Positions 12,752-26,139 of a DNA stretch of 64,000 bases are shown here, piece by piece. A model generated the notes under the pieces. That model made no database searches and had not been told where the DNA came from. It saw nothing but the letters and a program-made list of their open reading frames with translations. The position numbers were made by a program, and so were the translations under genes. Each line of letters begins with the position of its first letter. Within the stretch, counting starts at the first letter, position 1. The DNA comes from Carcharhinus longimanus (Eukaryota): the NCBI GenBank assembly GCA_030264375.1, contig JASCQW010000132.1, positions 70,025,120 to 70,089,119 on the forward strand, given 5' to 3'.

Positions 12752-13759
12752 TGTTAGGACCCTGTCTCTGTAGCAACTGATCGCTTGTGAGAAATAAATT
12801 CGACTTTCCTGTTAAAAGCAGAAAAGAATAACAAGACAGGATTTCACATTTTAAGATGTTTACTGTAACAATATACTAAAAACAGGATTGACTAAACACT
12901 ACCTTTTTAAGCAATCCATACTTTAAACCACAGAATAGAATATTCCCTTGTTATTTTCACCAGAATGGAGAAAACATAAGTTACAATGTCCTTTAAGTAG
13001 ACGCTCAGTTCTCCCAAAATCAATTCCAAAATTATTCTTAGCTTTCAAAGATTTACTTCTGTTCTTTTCCTTTCACAGCCTGGTAACTTCTAGCCAGAGG
13101 ACTGTCCTTCACCACAAGAGTATTTCTGAGGATTTCCTCTTTAGCTCATGCTGGCTAATCTTCCACGTTCATTTTAACTCTTCACAAACTTGATTTTTTT
13201 CCTTCTGACTATTAATTTACACCCACATTCAGGCCAGTGAACCATGGAAGCTTTAGTCTCAAGTTGTTTTCTCTCTCACCCAGATTCTAGCAGAATAACC
13301 CACTTGTCTGTGATATTCAGTCTTAAGAAAATCTGTAAGCTAATATTGCAATGACTTCCCCTATACCTTTCCCATCTTAAAAGCCATCACCATGGCAATT
13401 TCACTCACAAGTAGGATTAGGTGAAATCGGTAGAAATGCTGATTAGCAATCCTTGGAATCCCAGTGCTCTGGAAGTAAATATACAGTTTGAAGCACAATT
13501 GTTTGCAACTTGACATTCTCAAATCATTTCTGGGACTTTGGAGATATTGATAGCGCACAAGCTTCTGTCATTGTCTCCAAGCATAAATACCTTGCACATT
13601 CGCAATCTGGACCCCCCTTAAATCTCCCAATAAACAAACCAGCTAGGCTTGCTGTCAGACAGACACATAGATGAACAGGTTGCATAACCTCTTCACTTTC
13701 CCTAAATTACAGATATAGCCCCCATACATCAGAATCTTTTAAAACTCATAACTGTGACA
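12752..13759. mobile_element. Probable solo LTR (~1 kb)
   Basis: Begins TGTTAGGA, ends CTGTGACA (TG...CA); flanks aatc/aata resemble a 4-bp TSD; no ORF. Confidence 0.5.
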
Positions 13760-14139
13760 AATATCAAATTGGGATTTTCTGGCTAATCCTCATGAATAGT
13801 CAAAAGATTTTGATCGCGCATGCTGAACATTCAACTTTAGGCTTCACGGTCAGATACAATGCTTTACTTTCTTGCCCCTTCCATCAGTCTGTGCCCCTAT
13901 GCGAAGGGTGACCATGGCCATGTTAATCACTGGATAGAAAATCCTGGCATTCCCAGGCTAGAACAAAAGAAGTAAAATCTACTTCAAGTTCAGAGAGTTC
14001 CTGTAAGAGTGACATTTCGTGCAAAGTTTTAAAAGCTTACAGGAAATATATAATTGTACTCTGGTCATATGTTTTACAACAGGATATGAGATAATCCCCA
14101 AACAGGCGCTCACAAGCTTTGACTTTAATGGATTTGGTT

Positions 14140-14350
14140 ATAGATTGGCACGTACACCGGATTTATTGGTGTAAAAGTAATCACATGACTGCAGTTTCAA
14201 ACCCTAAAGTTGTAAGCAAAATCCTCGCGATTCGTGAAGCATTTAATTATCCATGGTATTTGGTGGCAACATGTTTTGCAAATGAAATGGCAATAGAGAG
14301 ACGAAGGAATCATTATCTTAAATATAGAGGTAAGCTATTAATTTGACAAT
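14140..14350. promoter_or_regulatory. Putative conserved non-coding element
   Basis: Unique block with retained CpGs and gatttattg, tttaattat, gtggcaac (RFX half-site), ttgcaaat (POU-like). Confidence 0.3.
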
Positions 14351-15485
14351 TTTAGAACCTGTATGTATAGTATTAGATGCCTAGTTTACATTCATTGCTT
14401 GAATCTCAAATATTACAAAAGCTTTTATTCCTCTCTATCCATAATGTTTTTTAATGATACATCCTATGATCATAATAAAATTAAAACATTGGTAATGAAA
14501 ACTAAAAGCAATTAAAATTACATTGATTTATGTTTGCAAGGCTATTGTGAAGCAATTATAGGCCAATGTAACCTTTGATTCACGGAATGTTATAAAAATA
14601 CATTTTTATAACTATGAAACAGAAGTTAAAAAGTAGCAAGTAGAGTGCAATATTTTCTGGAAAAAAATTACTTATTGACTCCAGTAATACTTCTAGTTGT
14701 CACAGATTGTAGTGAGTTATGGTAACGATGAAATAAGTGGTGCATTTACTGTAAATCATCAATTGTTGATGTGCTCTATTTATGCAATGTCTACTATCAA
14801 TTCCAAGAGATCTTATTGAGTATTTGAATACAATTTTTATTTAAATTACTATGCTTCACCAGTGCGGTTTTCATTTTGACTGCAATGTGATGGTCTCTTG
14901 AGTGATCCTGCAGGATTTTCTAATGCTCTGCTCTGGATGGCCAATTTGAGGCTAAGACATGGGGAGCAACATGACAGTATAGCACAGTTGTGAAGAAACA
15001 ATGAGAATGACGTAAGCTTATGGATTGAATTTGAAGCAACTAATGTTGTTATGAACTACTGAGATTTTGTTAAGATGCTAATGGTATTCTCTTGTAGCTA
15101 GGGGAAGTCACATGTCCTCTTGTATACTCCTAACTCAAAGGTTCAGCCTGGTATTGGAAGTAGTATATCGGCATGGATAGAGAATTGGTTAATGGGCAGG
15201 AAACAACAAGTGGGGATGAGAGGTTCTTTTTCAGCTTTGTGACCTGTAACCACAAGGTACTTCTGAGGATCTCCTCTCTAGCTCATGCTGCCTAATCTTC
15301 CAGCTTCATTTTAACTCTTCACGGTAGGGTTTCACAGGGGTCAGTGCTGGAAGCACAACTGTTTGCAATATGTACTCATGACTTAGAGGATGGAAGCGAA
15401 TGTACTGTAGCCAAATTTGCAGACAACACTAAAATGTGTGGAAAGGCTAATTGTGAGAGGGATATGAACAGTTTACAAAGAGATA

Positions 15486-15612
15486 GGTGCTGGAATTTTA
15501 CTGCCTCGCCCACCTGAGCTCGTAAGATCCTGCCTGAGGCCAACGGAGAATTCTGTTCTGTGAGCTGTGCCAGCCCTGATTCTGGGGCAGGCACGGCGGT
15601 AAAAATTCGGGT
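15486..15612. mobile_element. ~125 bp Harbinger-like MITE
   Basis: Ends gctggaattttact ... ggtaaaaattcggg, same architecture as 25649-25775. Confidence 0.6.
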
Positions 15613-16713
15613 GGGGCACGATTCTTCCATCCCGCTGCACTGAATTTTTAGCACAGCGGGTTGGGAGATTTAAGCAGCACCCGATCCTTGGGATTCGCAC
15701 TAGGCGTCCAGACCTGAGCACATCTCCCATTGATGTGAGCTGCACTAGATATGCAGGGGGCAATTTGAATGTAATTTAAATGGCATTAGCGGGTCTGGGA
15801 CTGAATTCTTTGGGTCTGCTAGCTTCTTCCCCTGCCAGGAGTATTTCACTCCATCAGGGTTTACAGTAGCTCACCACTTGCAGAGAGCTGGTGGCTCATC
15901 CCCAATAGAGTGAAGGGGGACAATCGAAGTTCCCCCAGAGGGCCTGGGGTGTGACCCTGGGCTTTGGAACCATGGCACTGCCAGCCTGGGCTCCCTGGTT
16001 CTGTCCATGGGGCAAAGTAAATGGGGATGGGGCATAATGAGGCAGGGTCTGATGGTGGGATGGTGATTGATGAGTTGGGGGGGGTTCTTACTGCCACTCT
16101 GCAGTCGGTTTCGGTCAGGGATGGAACCAGCGATGTCCGGGTCAGTGTGGGATGAAGAGGCCAGGAGGCTAGCTATGTCTGGATCACTGGGGAATGGGGA
16201 GTACAATGATATTTGGGTCACTGGGGAATGGGGAGGCTGGGAGGCGAGTGATGTCTGGGTCTGTGAGAGATGGGGAGGCGATATCTGAATCACTGGGGGA
16301 TGGGGAAGCCAGCAGTGTTTGTGGGGGGCATGGTGTGAGACCAACAATCAGCCCAGTGATATCCTTGGGGAAGGAGGGTGGTGAGACCCCAGCACTCAGG
16401 TCAGCAATGTGCTTGGGGGAAGTGAGAGGCCAGCAATGTCTATGAGGTGTTGAGGCCAGTGATGTTTTTGCTGGGAGGACTTGTTTAGCAGTCTCCCAGA
16501 GTTGTGCGCATGTGCAGGGTCCCTCACAGGGAGCTGATTTCAGCCTCTTCGGCAGGAATAGGCCCTGCCTCCGAACTTCTGGACTGATTCATGCTAGTGA
16601 TCTGTGCAGCGCACAGAATGTGGGAGATTCATTTTGAAAGCCCCACTGAAAAAAAAAACAATGCTATTTACTCCAATTTGACCCTTAGAATTTTTTTGGG
16701 AGAATCCTGGCCC
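15613..16713. mobile_element. 1.1 kb non-autonomous TIR element with internal G-rich minisatellite
   Basis: TIRs gggcacgattcttcc / ggagaatcctggccc; ~30-35 bp degenerate unit gatgtctggatcactggggaatggggag at ~16130-16460; CR1 RT resumes right after 16713. Confidence 0.65.
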
Positions 16714-17146
16714 TTGATAGGTTAAGTAAATGAATGGACAAAACTTTTGCAAATGGAGTATAATGTGGGAAAATCATTTTGGAAGAGAGGGCAAAGAACA
16801 GAGTATTATTTAAATAGGAAAAACTACAGAAAGCTGCATCTCAAAGGAGATTAGGATACTTGTGCATGAAACACAGAAAGCTAGCACACAGGTGCAGCAG
16901 GTAGTCAGGAAGGTTAATGGAATGTTGGTCCATATTTCAAAGTGGTTGGAAATTAGAGTAGGGAAGTCTTGCTGCAACTGTACAAGGTATTGGTGCGACC
17001 ACAGAGGACCACTGTGTTTAACTTTGGTCTTCTTATTTAAGGAAGGGTATTTTCTTGGAGGCACTTTAGCAAAGGTTCACTAGGATGGAGGGATTTTTTA
17101 ATGAGGAAAGCTTAAACAGGTTGGGACTCTACTCATTGTTCGTAGA

Positions 17147-17467
17147 CATAGAATAGAATCCTACAGTGCAGGAAGAGGCCCTTCAGCCCATCGAGTCTGC
17201 ACTGAACACAATCCCACCCAGGCCCTACCCCCATATCCCTATATATTTTACCCACTAATCCCTCTAACCTACACATCCCTGGACNNNNNNNNNNNNNNNN
17301 NNNNNNNNNNNNNNNNNNNNNNNNNNNNNNNNNNNNNNNNNNNNNNNNNNNNNNNNNNNNNNNNNNNNNNNNNNNNTCCACACAGACAGTGACCCGAGCC
17401 AGGAATTGAACCCAGGACCCTGGAGCTATGAAGCAGCAGTGCTAACCACTGTGCTACCATGCCGCCC
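17147..17467 (-). mobile_element. HE1-type V-SINE (full length, internal gap)
   Basis: Minus strand starts gggcggcatggtagcacagtggttagcactgctgc (tRNA-like A box), B box gggttcaattcc, tail ctgcactgtaggattctattctatg. Confidence 0.9.
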
Positions 17468-17735
17468 ATTGGAATTTTGGAAGAATGAGAGGACATCTCA
17501 TTGAAACATATCAGATTCTTAAGGACTTGACAGGATAAATACTGAGAGGATGCTCCCCCTCATGGGAGAGTCTAGAACCAGAAGGTATAGTCTCAGAATA
17601 ATGGAGCACCAATTTAAAACTGAAATGAAGAGGAATTTCTTCTCTCAGAGGGTTGTGAGTCTTTGGAACTCCCTGCCACAGAAATGTGGGTGTAGAGTCC
17701 TTGTCTACATTTAAGGTTGAGATATATAGATTTTC

Positions 17736-18053
17736 ATATAATTGTGGAATCCCTACAGTGTAGAAAGAAGCAATTGAGTCTGCACTGACAACAATCTCAC
17801 CCAGGCCCTAATCCCATAACCCTAAACATTTACCCTGCTGATCCCCTGACACTAAGGGTTGATTTAGTATGGCCAATCAATCTAACTTGCAATCTTCATA
17901 GCGTGGGAGGAAACTGGAGCACTGAAAGGAAACTTATGCAGACATGGGGAGAATGTGCAAACTCCACACAGACAGTCACCCAAGGCCAGAATTGAACCCA
18001 GGTTCCTGGTGTTGTAAGGCAGAAGTGCTAACCACTGTGCCACCGTCCTGCCC
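17736..18053 (-). mobile_element. HE1-type V-SINE (full length)
   Basis: tRNA head, V-domain gtgtggagtttgcacattctccccc and CR1-like tail on minus strand. Confidence 0.9.
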
Positions 18054-18616
18054 TATTTTTGATCAAGTAAGGGAATCAAGGGTTCTAGGGATAGGGCAGG
18101 AAAGTGGATGTGAAGAATTTTGGATCAGTTATGATCCTATAGAATGGTGGAGCAGGCTCGAGAGGTCGAATGGCCTACTTTTGTTCTTATTACTTGTGGT
18201 CTTATTATGGCCTTGATCTTTGAAGAGTTGCTGTTTCTAAAATGTTGCTGCACTGTTACTGCTGTTCCTCAAGCTTATTTGTACCATTTCATTTCAAGCA
18301 ATCATCTTATTCAAGTTCTTTTCTGAGAAAGTCCAAACTGAACAGTACTGCTCCTGCTGTTTCTGCTCCCCCTCTTCTTGCTGAACACAGGTTTCTTATA
18401 AGTACCAAATATCACCCCCATGACAATGTTCACTGCCAAAACCACCTCAAAATTGTACTTACTTACATATTGCAACTATCTCATAGCCCATTAATATATG
18501 AAGATGTTTTGATGAGGAAATCCTGGTTACCACATCATCAGGTTTCATTCTAATTAAACAGTTTTTTGGGATTGGATTTCCAAGGGATGTGGGAACACAT
18601 TTAGACACATTGTGAG

Positions 18617-18986
18617 GGGAGAGCTATTTTCTGGCCTCTTGTGGTGTACTTCTTGTGGCAGAGGCTGGCATGTCGATTGCTGGCGATGGGATCTTCTGGT
18701 CCTGCCGCTGTCAATGGGATTTCCTATTGAATGGACTCCACATTGCCAGGAAACCCACAGTGGGGATATGCTGGTGCGAACAGCTGGAAAGTCCCAGACA
18801 CTTTGTGAAATTTTACAGCCCTTCTTGCTGGGTGGACCTTCCAATCCCACTGAAGATGACCTCCCTGGCAGGTTCTCCAGTGACGAGATAAGTAAGCCAT
18901 GCAAAATGATGTAGACATTGGTATCATTGGAAGATCCGGCTCATTGGAAAACATGCTGCAGGAGGGGAAATCTGGAAAATCTGCCC
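18617..18986. mobile_element. Two adjacent ~190 bp TIR/MITE-like elements
   Basis: First shares tgggatcttc..gtcc...tgtcaatgggatttcctattgaat with 33769-33969; second ends ggaaaatctgccc like other family members. Confidence 0.55.
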
Positions 18987-21179
18987 AGTGGCTCCATGTA
19001 GGTCATTAGCCTGAAAGCATTATTTATAGTTCTATAATTTGACAATAAAAGATCAATGGCCAGGACAAATTGTTTAACTGGATAGATGAATGCCCATTAT
19101 GTCGTTGGATGGCGTTGCCATCTCTTGATTAGTGTCAAGAGTTTTTTAAGGCCAATTACAAGGTTCCGTGGAATGCTGGGAGGCACAGTTTGGTCAAATT
19201 CTGAATACAAACAGCCTTTTTGCTTTCCTTTCTTTGGGATTTCAAATATTTGCTTTTTTTCAGTTGAATGTATCCTTACTGAAGGACTGGCTGCATGACT
19301 CAACCCACAGGTGATCGATCTTCTGACTCCTCACTGTATCAGTCACTTTTAAACAAATTTCTCCTGTTCTTACTGAGCCAAGAACTCACACATTAATTTC
19401 ACCATCTGTTAACTTCTTTTAAATTGAATGCATTCTTGCTGAAGGCCTGGCTAAACTTTTGAATAACAATAGATGTGATTGTTTGCATGATGTGACATTT
19501 ACTTTTTATTTGGTATATAAACTCTATTAAGGCTGATTGTGTTTCTGGGGTGGTTTAATCTTACTTGCCCATTTGGTATTGATTAAAAGAGGAGTTCAGC
19601 AATTGGATTTGATAGTTTTATTAATCTTTTTCAGCATAAATTACAAGCAATGCATTAAAACAATTACAACAGTACAACCTCAAATACTCATTTGTACCTT
19701 GGATGCAAAGGTGATCAGTCTTTCTCTTATCAGTGACACCAGTGTCATGAATCAGCCCAGGAACTTCGTCTAACTGGCATGTTTGGCTTCTCTTATGTTG
19801 AGTTTTGCTGCATTTTCTGCACAATAACCATCCCCCTTTTTGGGCCCAATACATTATTATCTTTAAGGATGGAGAAGTTTGTTTCAATATTTATCTGGAA
19901 TTTTGTGTACTGGGTCTGGATTTATGATGATCTCACCCATGATATCAGTGGATCCTCACATTCACAGGGCCTGTTTGTTATAAAGTGTTAAATTGATTTA
20001 AATTATAAGGAACAAAAGCATCCCCTGTTCAATTTGGTCTTTTTACCCAGAGTATGCTGGATAAAGGCACTGGATTCCTGTCTTACAACATTATGCACTG
20101 AGGGTCATAGTGGCAACAAAACAACCCAGCCCTTTGTGTGATTTTAATTTTTTTTCTTCCTAAAAATTTACCTGTACTGTTGATGTGGCCATGTGCTGAC
20201 TATGTTTAGTATGTGTCATATTTACCCTTTGTGCTTTTGGTAGCTCTTATTGTACCTATATTGTAGCATGGGGAAAATTAAGCGGAAACTTAAATGTTAC
20301 AATAAATGCTCTTTTGTGCAATATACATCCTTTACAGATATTATAGATAGAACCCTGGACAGCAGCAAATAAGTTAATTTACTATAGGACAAGGGTGTCC
20401 TGCTCTTCAGTGGCCTGCTCATATCATGGCGTTGCATGCACTATATTTAAAGCCACATTTTTAAATCAAGCTATCAATATTCCTATTATTTTTCATATGT
20501 AAAGCTACAGATGCTAATGGACTCTGGTACTCTGATTTAGGAAAACCCATAACCCATTATTTCAGGCAATAGTGATACTAATAGCTATTTACAGTCAAAT
20601 ACACTTCAAATTAAAGTAGATACAAATCTGCAAGTAAGAAATATAAGTTCACATCAAACCAAGTTGCCTGGTTTTTGTGAATGGATTGCTGGGGTCAATA
20701 GGTTGCACGTGGCATATGGCTCCTATTCTAAATCTTTGTGAATAACCTGTAGGTGTCAACAAATCCTAATGTTATATTACAGCTTTATAACTCATACCTA
20801 ACTTTTTTTTATATTAAGACATATTATAATCCCAAATTAAAGTTGATTTGATGGTAATGAGAATATTACTAACAAAACATTGACCGAGGACTACAAGAAA
20901 ACCTTATAATCTTGCCCCTTGCAATAATGCTGTCAAATTGTTCAATGAAGAATTTATACTTGCGCTGAATTTTTATTCAACCGTCGACCTTTTGCACCTC
21001 TTATCTAGATTCCCACCTCCTTTTCAGAAGAATCTGGTTCTGAGGTACCGTACTCTTTGCATTGCTCACCTTCCGGTACTACACCCAACTTCATGTTTTT
21101 CACAAGTAAGACTGAACAGGGAGAGTTGCAGGTTATTCAGCTTTGGCTGAGCTCAATGTTCTCATTGAATGCTGACATG

Positions 21180-21700
21180 TTTTGATTTGATTTATTTGAT
21201 CTGATTTGATTTATTATTGTCCCATGCATTAGTATACAGTGAAAAGTACTGTTTCTTGCACACTATACAGACAAAGCATACTGTTCATAGAAAAGAAAAG
21301 GGGAGAGTGCAAAGAGCAGGAGCCATACCAAGCTGAGATACAACCACATACAACCAATGCTTTCCATGGTGCATCTGTAAAAGTTGATGAGAGTTGTAGC
21401 TGACATGCCAAATATCCTTAGTTTTCTGAGGAAATAGAGGCATTGGTGGGCTTTTCTTAACTATGGTGTCGGCATGGCATCCAGGACAGATTGTTGGTGA
21501 TCTGGACACCTAAAAATGTGAAGCTGCTGACCATTTCTACTTTGTTTGCATTGATGTAGACAGGGGCATATTCTCCACTATGCTTCCTGAAGTTAATGAC
21601 GGTCTCCTTCGTTTTGTTGACATTATTGTTTGTTTTTGTTGAGGGAGAGATTATTGTCGCCGCATCAGTTCACCAGATTCTCTATCTCATTTCTGTACAT
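21180..21700 (-). mobile_element. Rex1/Babar LINE 3' fragment with (TTTGA)n tail
   Basis: Minus translation [15 protein letters not shown]...PVYIN..VEMVSSFTFLGVQITNNLSW...IVKK..LYFLRKL...FYRCTMES...ISAWYGSCS. Confidence 0.85.
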
Positions 21701-21709
21701 TTTATCCAG

Positions 21710-22475
21710 TTTTTATGAAATGTTGCAATTATACAGGACATTGGTGAGGCCACACCTAGAGTATTGTGCACAGTTTTGGTTTCCTTTTCTGAGGAAGGAT
21801 GTTCTTGCTCTCGAGGGAGTGCAGTGAAGGTTTACCAGGCTGATTCATAAGAACATAAAAACTAGGGGCAGGAGTAGGTCATCTGACCCCATGAGCCTGC
21901 TCCGCCATTCAATAAGATCATGGCTGATCTTTTCGTGGACTCAGCTCCACTCACCCTCCCACTCACCATAACTCTTAATTCCTTTACTGTTCAAAAAATT
22001 ATCTATCCTTGCCTTAAACAATTCTGGGGATGGTGGGACTGATGTATGAAGAGAGATGCTCTAGGTTAGGATTGTTTTTGCTGGAGTTCAGACGAATGAG
22101 GGGTGATCTCATAGAGTCTTATAAAATTCTAACAGGACTGGACAGTGTAGATGCAGAGAGGATATTCCTGATGGTGGGGGAGTCTGGGACCAGAGGTCAC
22201 AGTCGGAGGAGTCAGGGTAGAACATTTAGGATAAAGGTGAGGTGACATTTCTTTACCCAAAGAATGGTGAGCCTGTGGAATTCATTATCACAGGGAATAG
22301 TTGATGCCAAAGAATTGAATGTATTCAAGAGGTGGCTGGTATTGCTCTTGGGGCAAATGGGATCAAAGATTATGGGGAAAAAGCAGAATTAGGCGATTGA
22401 GTTGGATGGATCTTAATGAATGGCAGAGCAGGTTCAAAGGGCCAAATGACCTCCTCCTGCTCTTCTATGTTTCTT
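21710..22475 (+). mobile_element. CR1/HER1-type LINE 3' end, with an inverted CR1 tail inserted at ~21847-22020
   Basis: [47 protein letters not shown]; insert begins cataagaacataaaaactagg (minus-strand tail). Confidence 0.9.
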
Positions 22476-22779
22476 TGTTTTTATGAAATGTTATCATTTA
22501 ATATAACCAGGAGTGGAATATCTGTAATACAGAGGCTCTGAGGTCAATCTTTACTAACACCTAAGCTGATGTTAGTACAGACAGGAACAAAATACTGGGA
22601 CGTTCCTGCGATTGATACCATTAGTGGTGGAAGGCTATTTCCAGTATCAAAGCAAAATTATAAGGGGATTAAGAACCCAGTTTTAATTAAATTCATCTGT
22701 AATGTAGGTATGTATCATAGGTACCAAAATGTTACAGTGGGATGCTATGATAGTGGATAGATTTTACATAATGAATACT

Positions 22780-23560
22780 TCAGCTTTATAGCGGAGCAGG
22801 GGGACAGCTAGATGATTAAAAATGAAGCACAGCCGTGTGCTTTAATCAGTTCAAGTTCTTTTGTTCCATCATAAAACATGCTGAAACTTTCAATATTGCC
22901 ATTAGTAGATAACAGTAATTTAATGAATAAAGGCTTTTACCATTGGCCAATCAGATTGCCACATTCATGAATTGTATCTACCATCACAGTTCATCAAAGT
23001 GGCAAAATCAGTACTGTCTCTGAACAGAAAGAAGATTATTGAAGAGATAAATAATCTGCTTTGCAGTTTAAAAGGAACCTGTAATTCAAGTACGTTTCAT
23101 AGATATCCTATTTTATTATCATATGTAGTTTCTATTTTTTCACTAAACCTATTATTTATTGTACAATTGTCAGATGTCACATTAGAGTGGGTACCATTAT
23201 TAAATAGATCTTGCCTAAATTATTTTTCTCTGCATGGACATTGAAATATGAATTTATAGGTGGCAGAAAATTAGGTATATGCTGCACTCATATATCAAAC
23301 TCTTAATACACAAATTTGGTGAGCAAATGCATTGATTTCATGAAACAGAAAATAGTTGTGCGTGCATTTTTCATGTTCTTTTCTCTCACGAAATCTGTTA
23401 CAATGCATCCCTCTCCAGAGAAGAGATTTGAAATTTCCTGCCAGACCCTTCATCAATTTCATTTCATAACTGGATCTTGCAAAGCCTGAGATGACTAGCT
23501 TTCAATTTTTTCTTCTCCCTGTTGGGATGCATTTTAACACTTCATTGGTGATATATTTCA
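22780..23560. promoter_or_regulatory. Putative conserved non-coding blocks
   Basis: Unique sequence with gatgattaaa/tttaatca, Sox-like cttttgtt, cataaaa, gtaatttaatg, CCAAT palindrome attggccaat, TCF ATCAAAG (22993). Confidence 0.45.
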
Positions 23561-23609
23561 GATTGTAAATACACTGTGCAGAATCACATACATGAGTCTA
23601 ATGTGTGCC

Positions 23610-23850
23610 AACTTGTCACTTAGTGGTATTTTCACCTATAGGTCAAAACTGTTGTGAATTCAAGACCACATTAGATATTTCAGCTCACAATCCAAGCTGA
23701 CACTCCAGCGTAGTGTTGATAGGTGATTTGTCAAAGGTGTCATCCTTTCAATGAGATGCTAAACTAATTCCTGTCTGCCTGTACCAGCAGATCTAAAAGA
23801 TCCCATGACACTATTTAAAGTAAGTAGATGTCCTAATTAATATTCTTCAA
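23610..23850 (+). mobile_element. Deu-SINE (SacSINE1/AmnSINE1-like), degenerate
   Basis: gctgacactccag...ctttcaatgagatgctaaac...taaaagatcccatgacactattt matches the Deu-domain consensus. Confidence 0.7.
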
Positions 23851-24847
23851 GTAAGCTCAAAAAGTCTAATTGAGGAGTTTCTTGTTTCACAATGGCTGTG
23901 TATAATCTCTACTAGTAACACATTTTCTAAACATCATAATTTTAAGTGGAATAAGTGAAGTAAAATACACCATAAACAATTCAACCTTGCCCAATTACAG
24001 TACTGGTGCACAGCAATAATCTTGTGACTGATTGTTGAGGTTTCTAATAGAGTTGCAAAATTCACAATTGGTAGGGTAATTGGTACAGTAATAACTTAAT
24101 TAAATATTATATGGCACATTGGCATTGGGCTATGTGTGCTTGATTAATCATAGCTGAATTTTTAATCACAGCTGCACAACCCTGGGAAAATATCGCATCA
24201 TCATGGAACAATCATGCCTGTTGGACTGTCACTCATATTCTTGCAACTGGTTCAGAGCAGCAAGTGTAGAGGCTTGGAACAGATTAGTCATTCATGGTAT
24301 TGGCTGTCGATGCTGCTTTACCCATGCACGACAAACACTGAGGAGAAAAAAACAAATGGATGTGACATCTTAACAAAATAGGAGGGATAAATATTTTAAA
24401 AATATTTGTATGTTGTGCTATAGCAAATCGTTTTTGAATGTTGGTACATTTTTGAATGGAATCTACCAGTATCTTCTTACTGGTGTGAGTATGAGCCTCT
24501 GTGCAATATACCTAGTGTTGAAGTAGGCAGTTATAATCATGTACAGCATGTATTAGATATTCCAGCTTCCTTGGAAACTTGGTGCACCAGTGTGTATGTG
24601 GAAGCAATAAACAGTATAATACATGTACTTGTATATGTGACACTGTGGAATTTGGAGGAGGTTGGACTGTCAAATATGTATAATTACTATAACCATATCA
24701 TCACAAGTATGATCACATGGTTCAGTATATCTGGCCACGCTGCAGTAGAGTTGTTAGATTGAAGAAGCATCAACAAACACATAGGGCAGACTTTTATGTT
24801 TTCTCCACGATGGGTTCTGAAGCGCGAAGGAGTGTAAAATTGAATGA

Positions 24848-25457
24848 ACAGGATTCTCTTTGGAAACTTGCCACCCAAACCCAGATGCAATATCACACTT
24901 GGGCAGGCAGGTCTTCAGGCAGGAAGCCCACTCATTCACCTATTTATACCATTTATCCCACCCAGCCTCAATTTTTAGGCTGGCGGGAGTGAGTGTGCAT
25001 AAGGTGGGGAAACTTTTCCCTATCTCAGTTGGGAAGGGGAGGGTGCCTCACTCTGAAGATCCCTTCAGATTTGGGGTGCCCTCATCCCCAGAAGATGGGA
25101 GCTCTGGGGCACCCTCCCTGCTTATCCCACACATCCCCCCGTCCCTCATGTTGACCTCTGCTCTGGCCCCTCAGGGCATCCCCTACTGTCCTGCGTCCAG
25201 TACCCCTGGGACTTAACTTTTCAAAGGTCCCAGGACTTTGTACCACTTCTGGTCACTGTGGTGCTGTGTCTGACTGGGCTGAATTGCTGTCAGCCAATCT
25301 GATTGGCTGACAACTCTCAAAAGTGGGGCTTGCTTCCTGGGGAAGACAGAAGCCCCATCCACTGCCAAACAATGCTCCAGTAAGCATTAAGCAGCAATGG
25401 GAGTTTGACTCTCGGAATGGTGAGTGGCAATTGCTCACCATCCTTAAAATTCTACCC
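24848..25457. mobile_element. ~600 bp non-autonomous TIR element
   Basis: Left end acaggattctct, right end aaaattctaccc; GC-richer than its flanks. Confidence 0.45.
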
Positions 25458-25648
25458 ATAGTATATGCTATGTTTTAGGCAACACTATATATATCTATGG
25501 ATATGTCTATGCTGAAGACACTTGCTAGAATTTAAGAACAAATTCTGATGGTCACAATTTGTGTGCTTTTTACTTCGAAAGACAATTAGAATTATTTTTC
25601 TCTATTATAAATGGATGTTCCATTACACTGTTCAAGGTAGTTTGGAGT

Positions 25649-25775
25649 GGGTGGAATTTTACGGCCTCTCCCACTGGTGTGATCTTTTGTTCCCGCCAAA
25701 GTCAATGGAGCTTTGAATGGCTCGCTGCATTTTACAACCTGATTCCTGCTGCGATGGGGCAGTAAAATTCCACCC
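25649..25775. mobile_element. 127 bp Harbinger-like MITE
   Basis: Perfect 14-bp TIR gggtggaattttac / gtaaaattccaccc. Confidence 0.75.
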
Positions 25776-26139
25776 ATAGAGCTTGATAAGGAGAGAAGCA
25801 CTATGCCTTACTATGCATAATACATTACCTCACAATTCCATGGATCACATATGCAGGAAGTTTAAGTTGATTGTAACTGGTGTTGCTGATAGGAACTTAA
25901 ACTGAAGTTTCCTGCAGAGCCTATTTGCTTTTGCTGTAAGGTAAAACTAGTGCAAAAGCAGTATCATTAATTAGGTAACAGTGAGTGGGCTGCTCTTTAT
26001 TTCAGAGACTCTTGTGCCTTCTCCTCTTCCTTTACCATTATTGCACAGAACAAATGTATCCTTCACTATGAAGACAATTCCAGCTGCTTAGTTCCTCTGA
26101 TCTTGTGGGGTGGCAGTGCAAAACAAATTGGATGCACTA

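Larger units (their letters stand above)
15145..18200 (+). mobile_element. CR1/HER1-type LINE 3' portion (RT to 3' UTR), broken by several insertions
   Basis: Decayed RT motifs QGSVL...LFAI, AKFADNTK, LQRD|DRL..W..QMEYNVGK, GLYSL, FFSQRVVSLWNSLP and tail ggctcgagaggtcgaatggcctact. Pieces ~15145-15485, 16714-17140, 17468-17735, 18054-18200. Confidence 0.85.

Noticed and set aside
15871-16445. Overlapping ORFs with repeated SDPDIAS / MSGS motifs
   Set aside because: Translation of a degenerate minisatellite inside a TIR element
16130-16460. Spaced ~33 bp repeats superficially like a CRISPR array
   Set aside because: Degenerate tandem units without unique spacers, eukaryotic context, no cas genes
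2705-23005. 13-mer ATCAAAGTGGCAA shared by two CNE-like blocks (2705 and 22993)
   Set aside because: Exact 13-mer pairs are expected by chance in 64 kb
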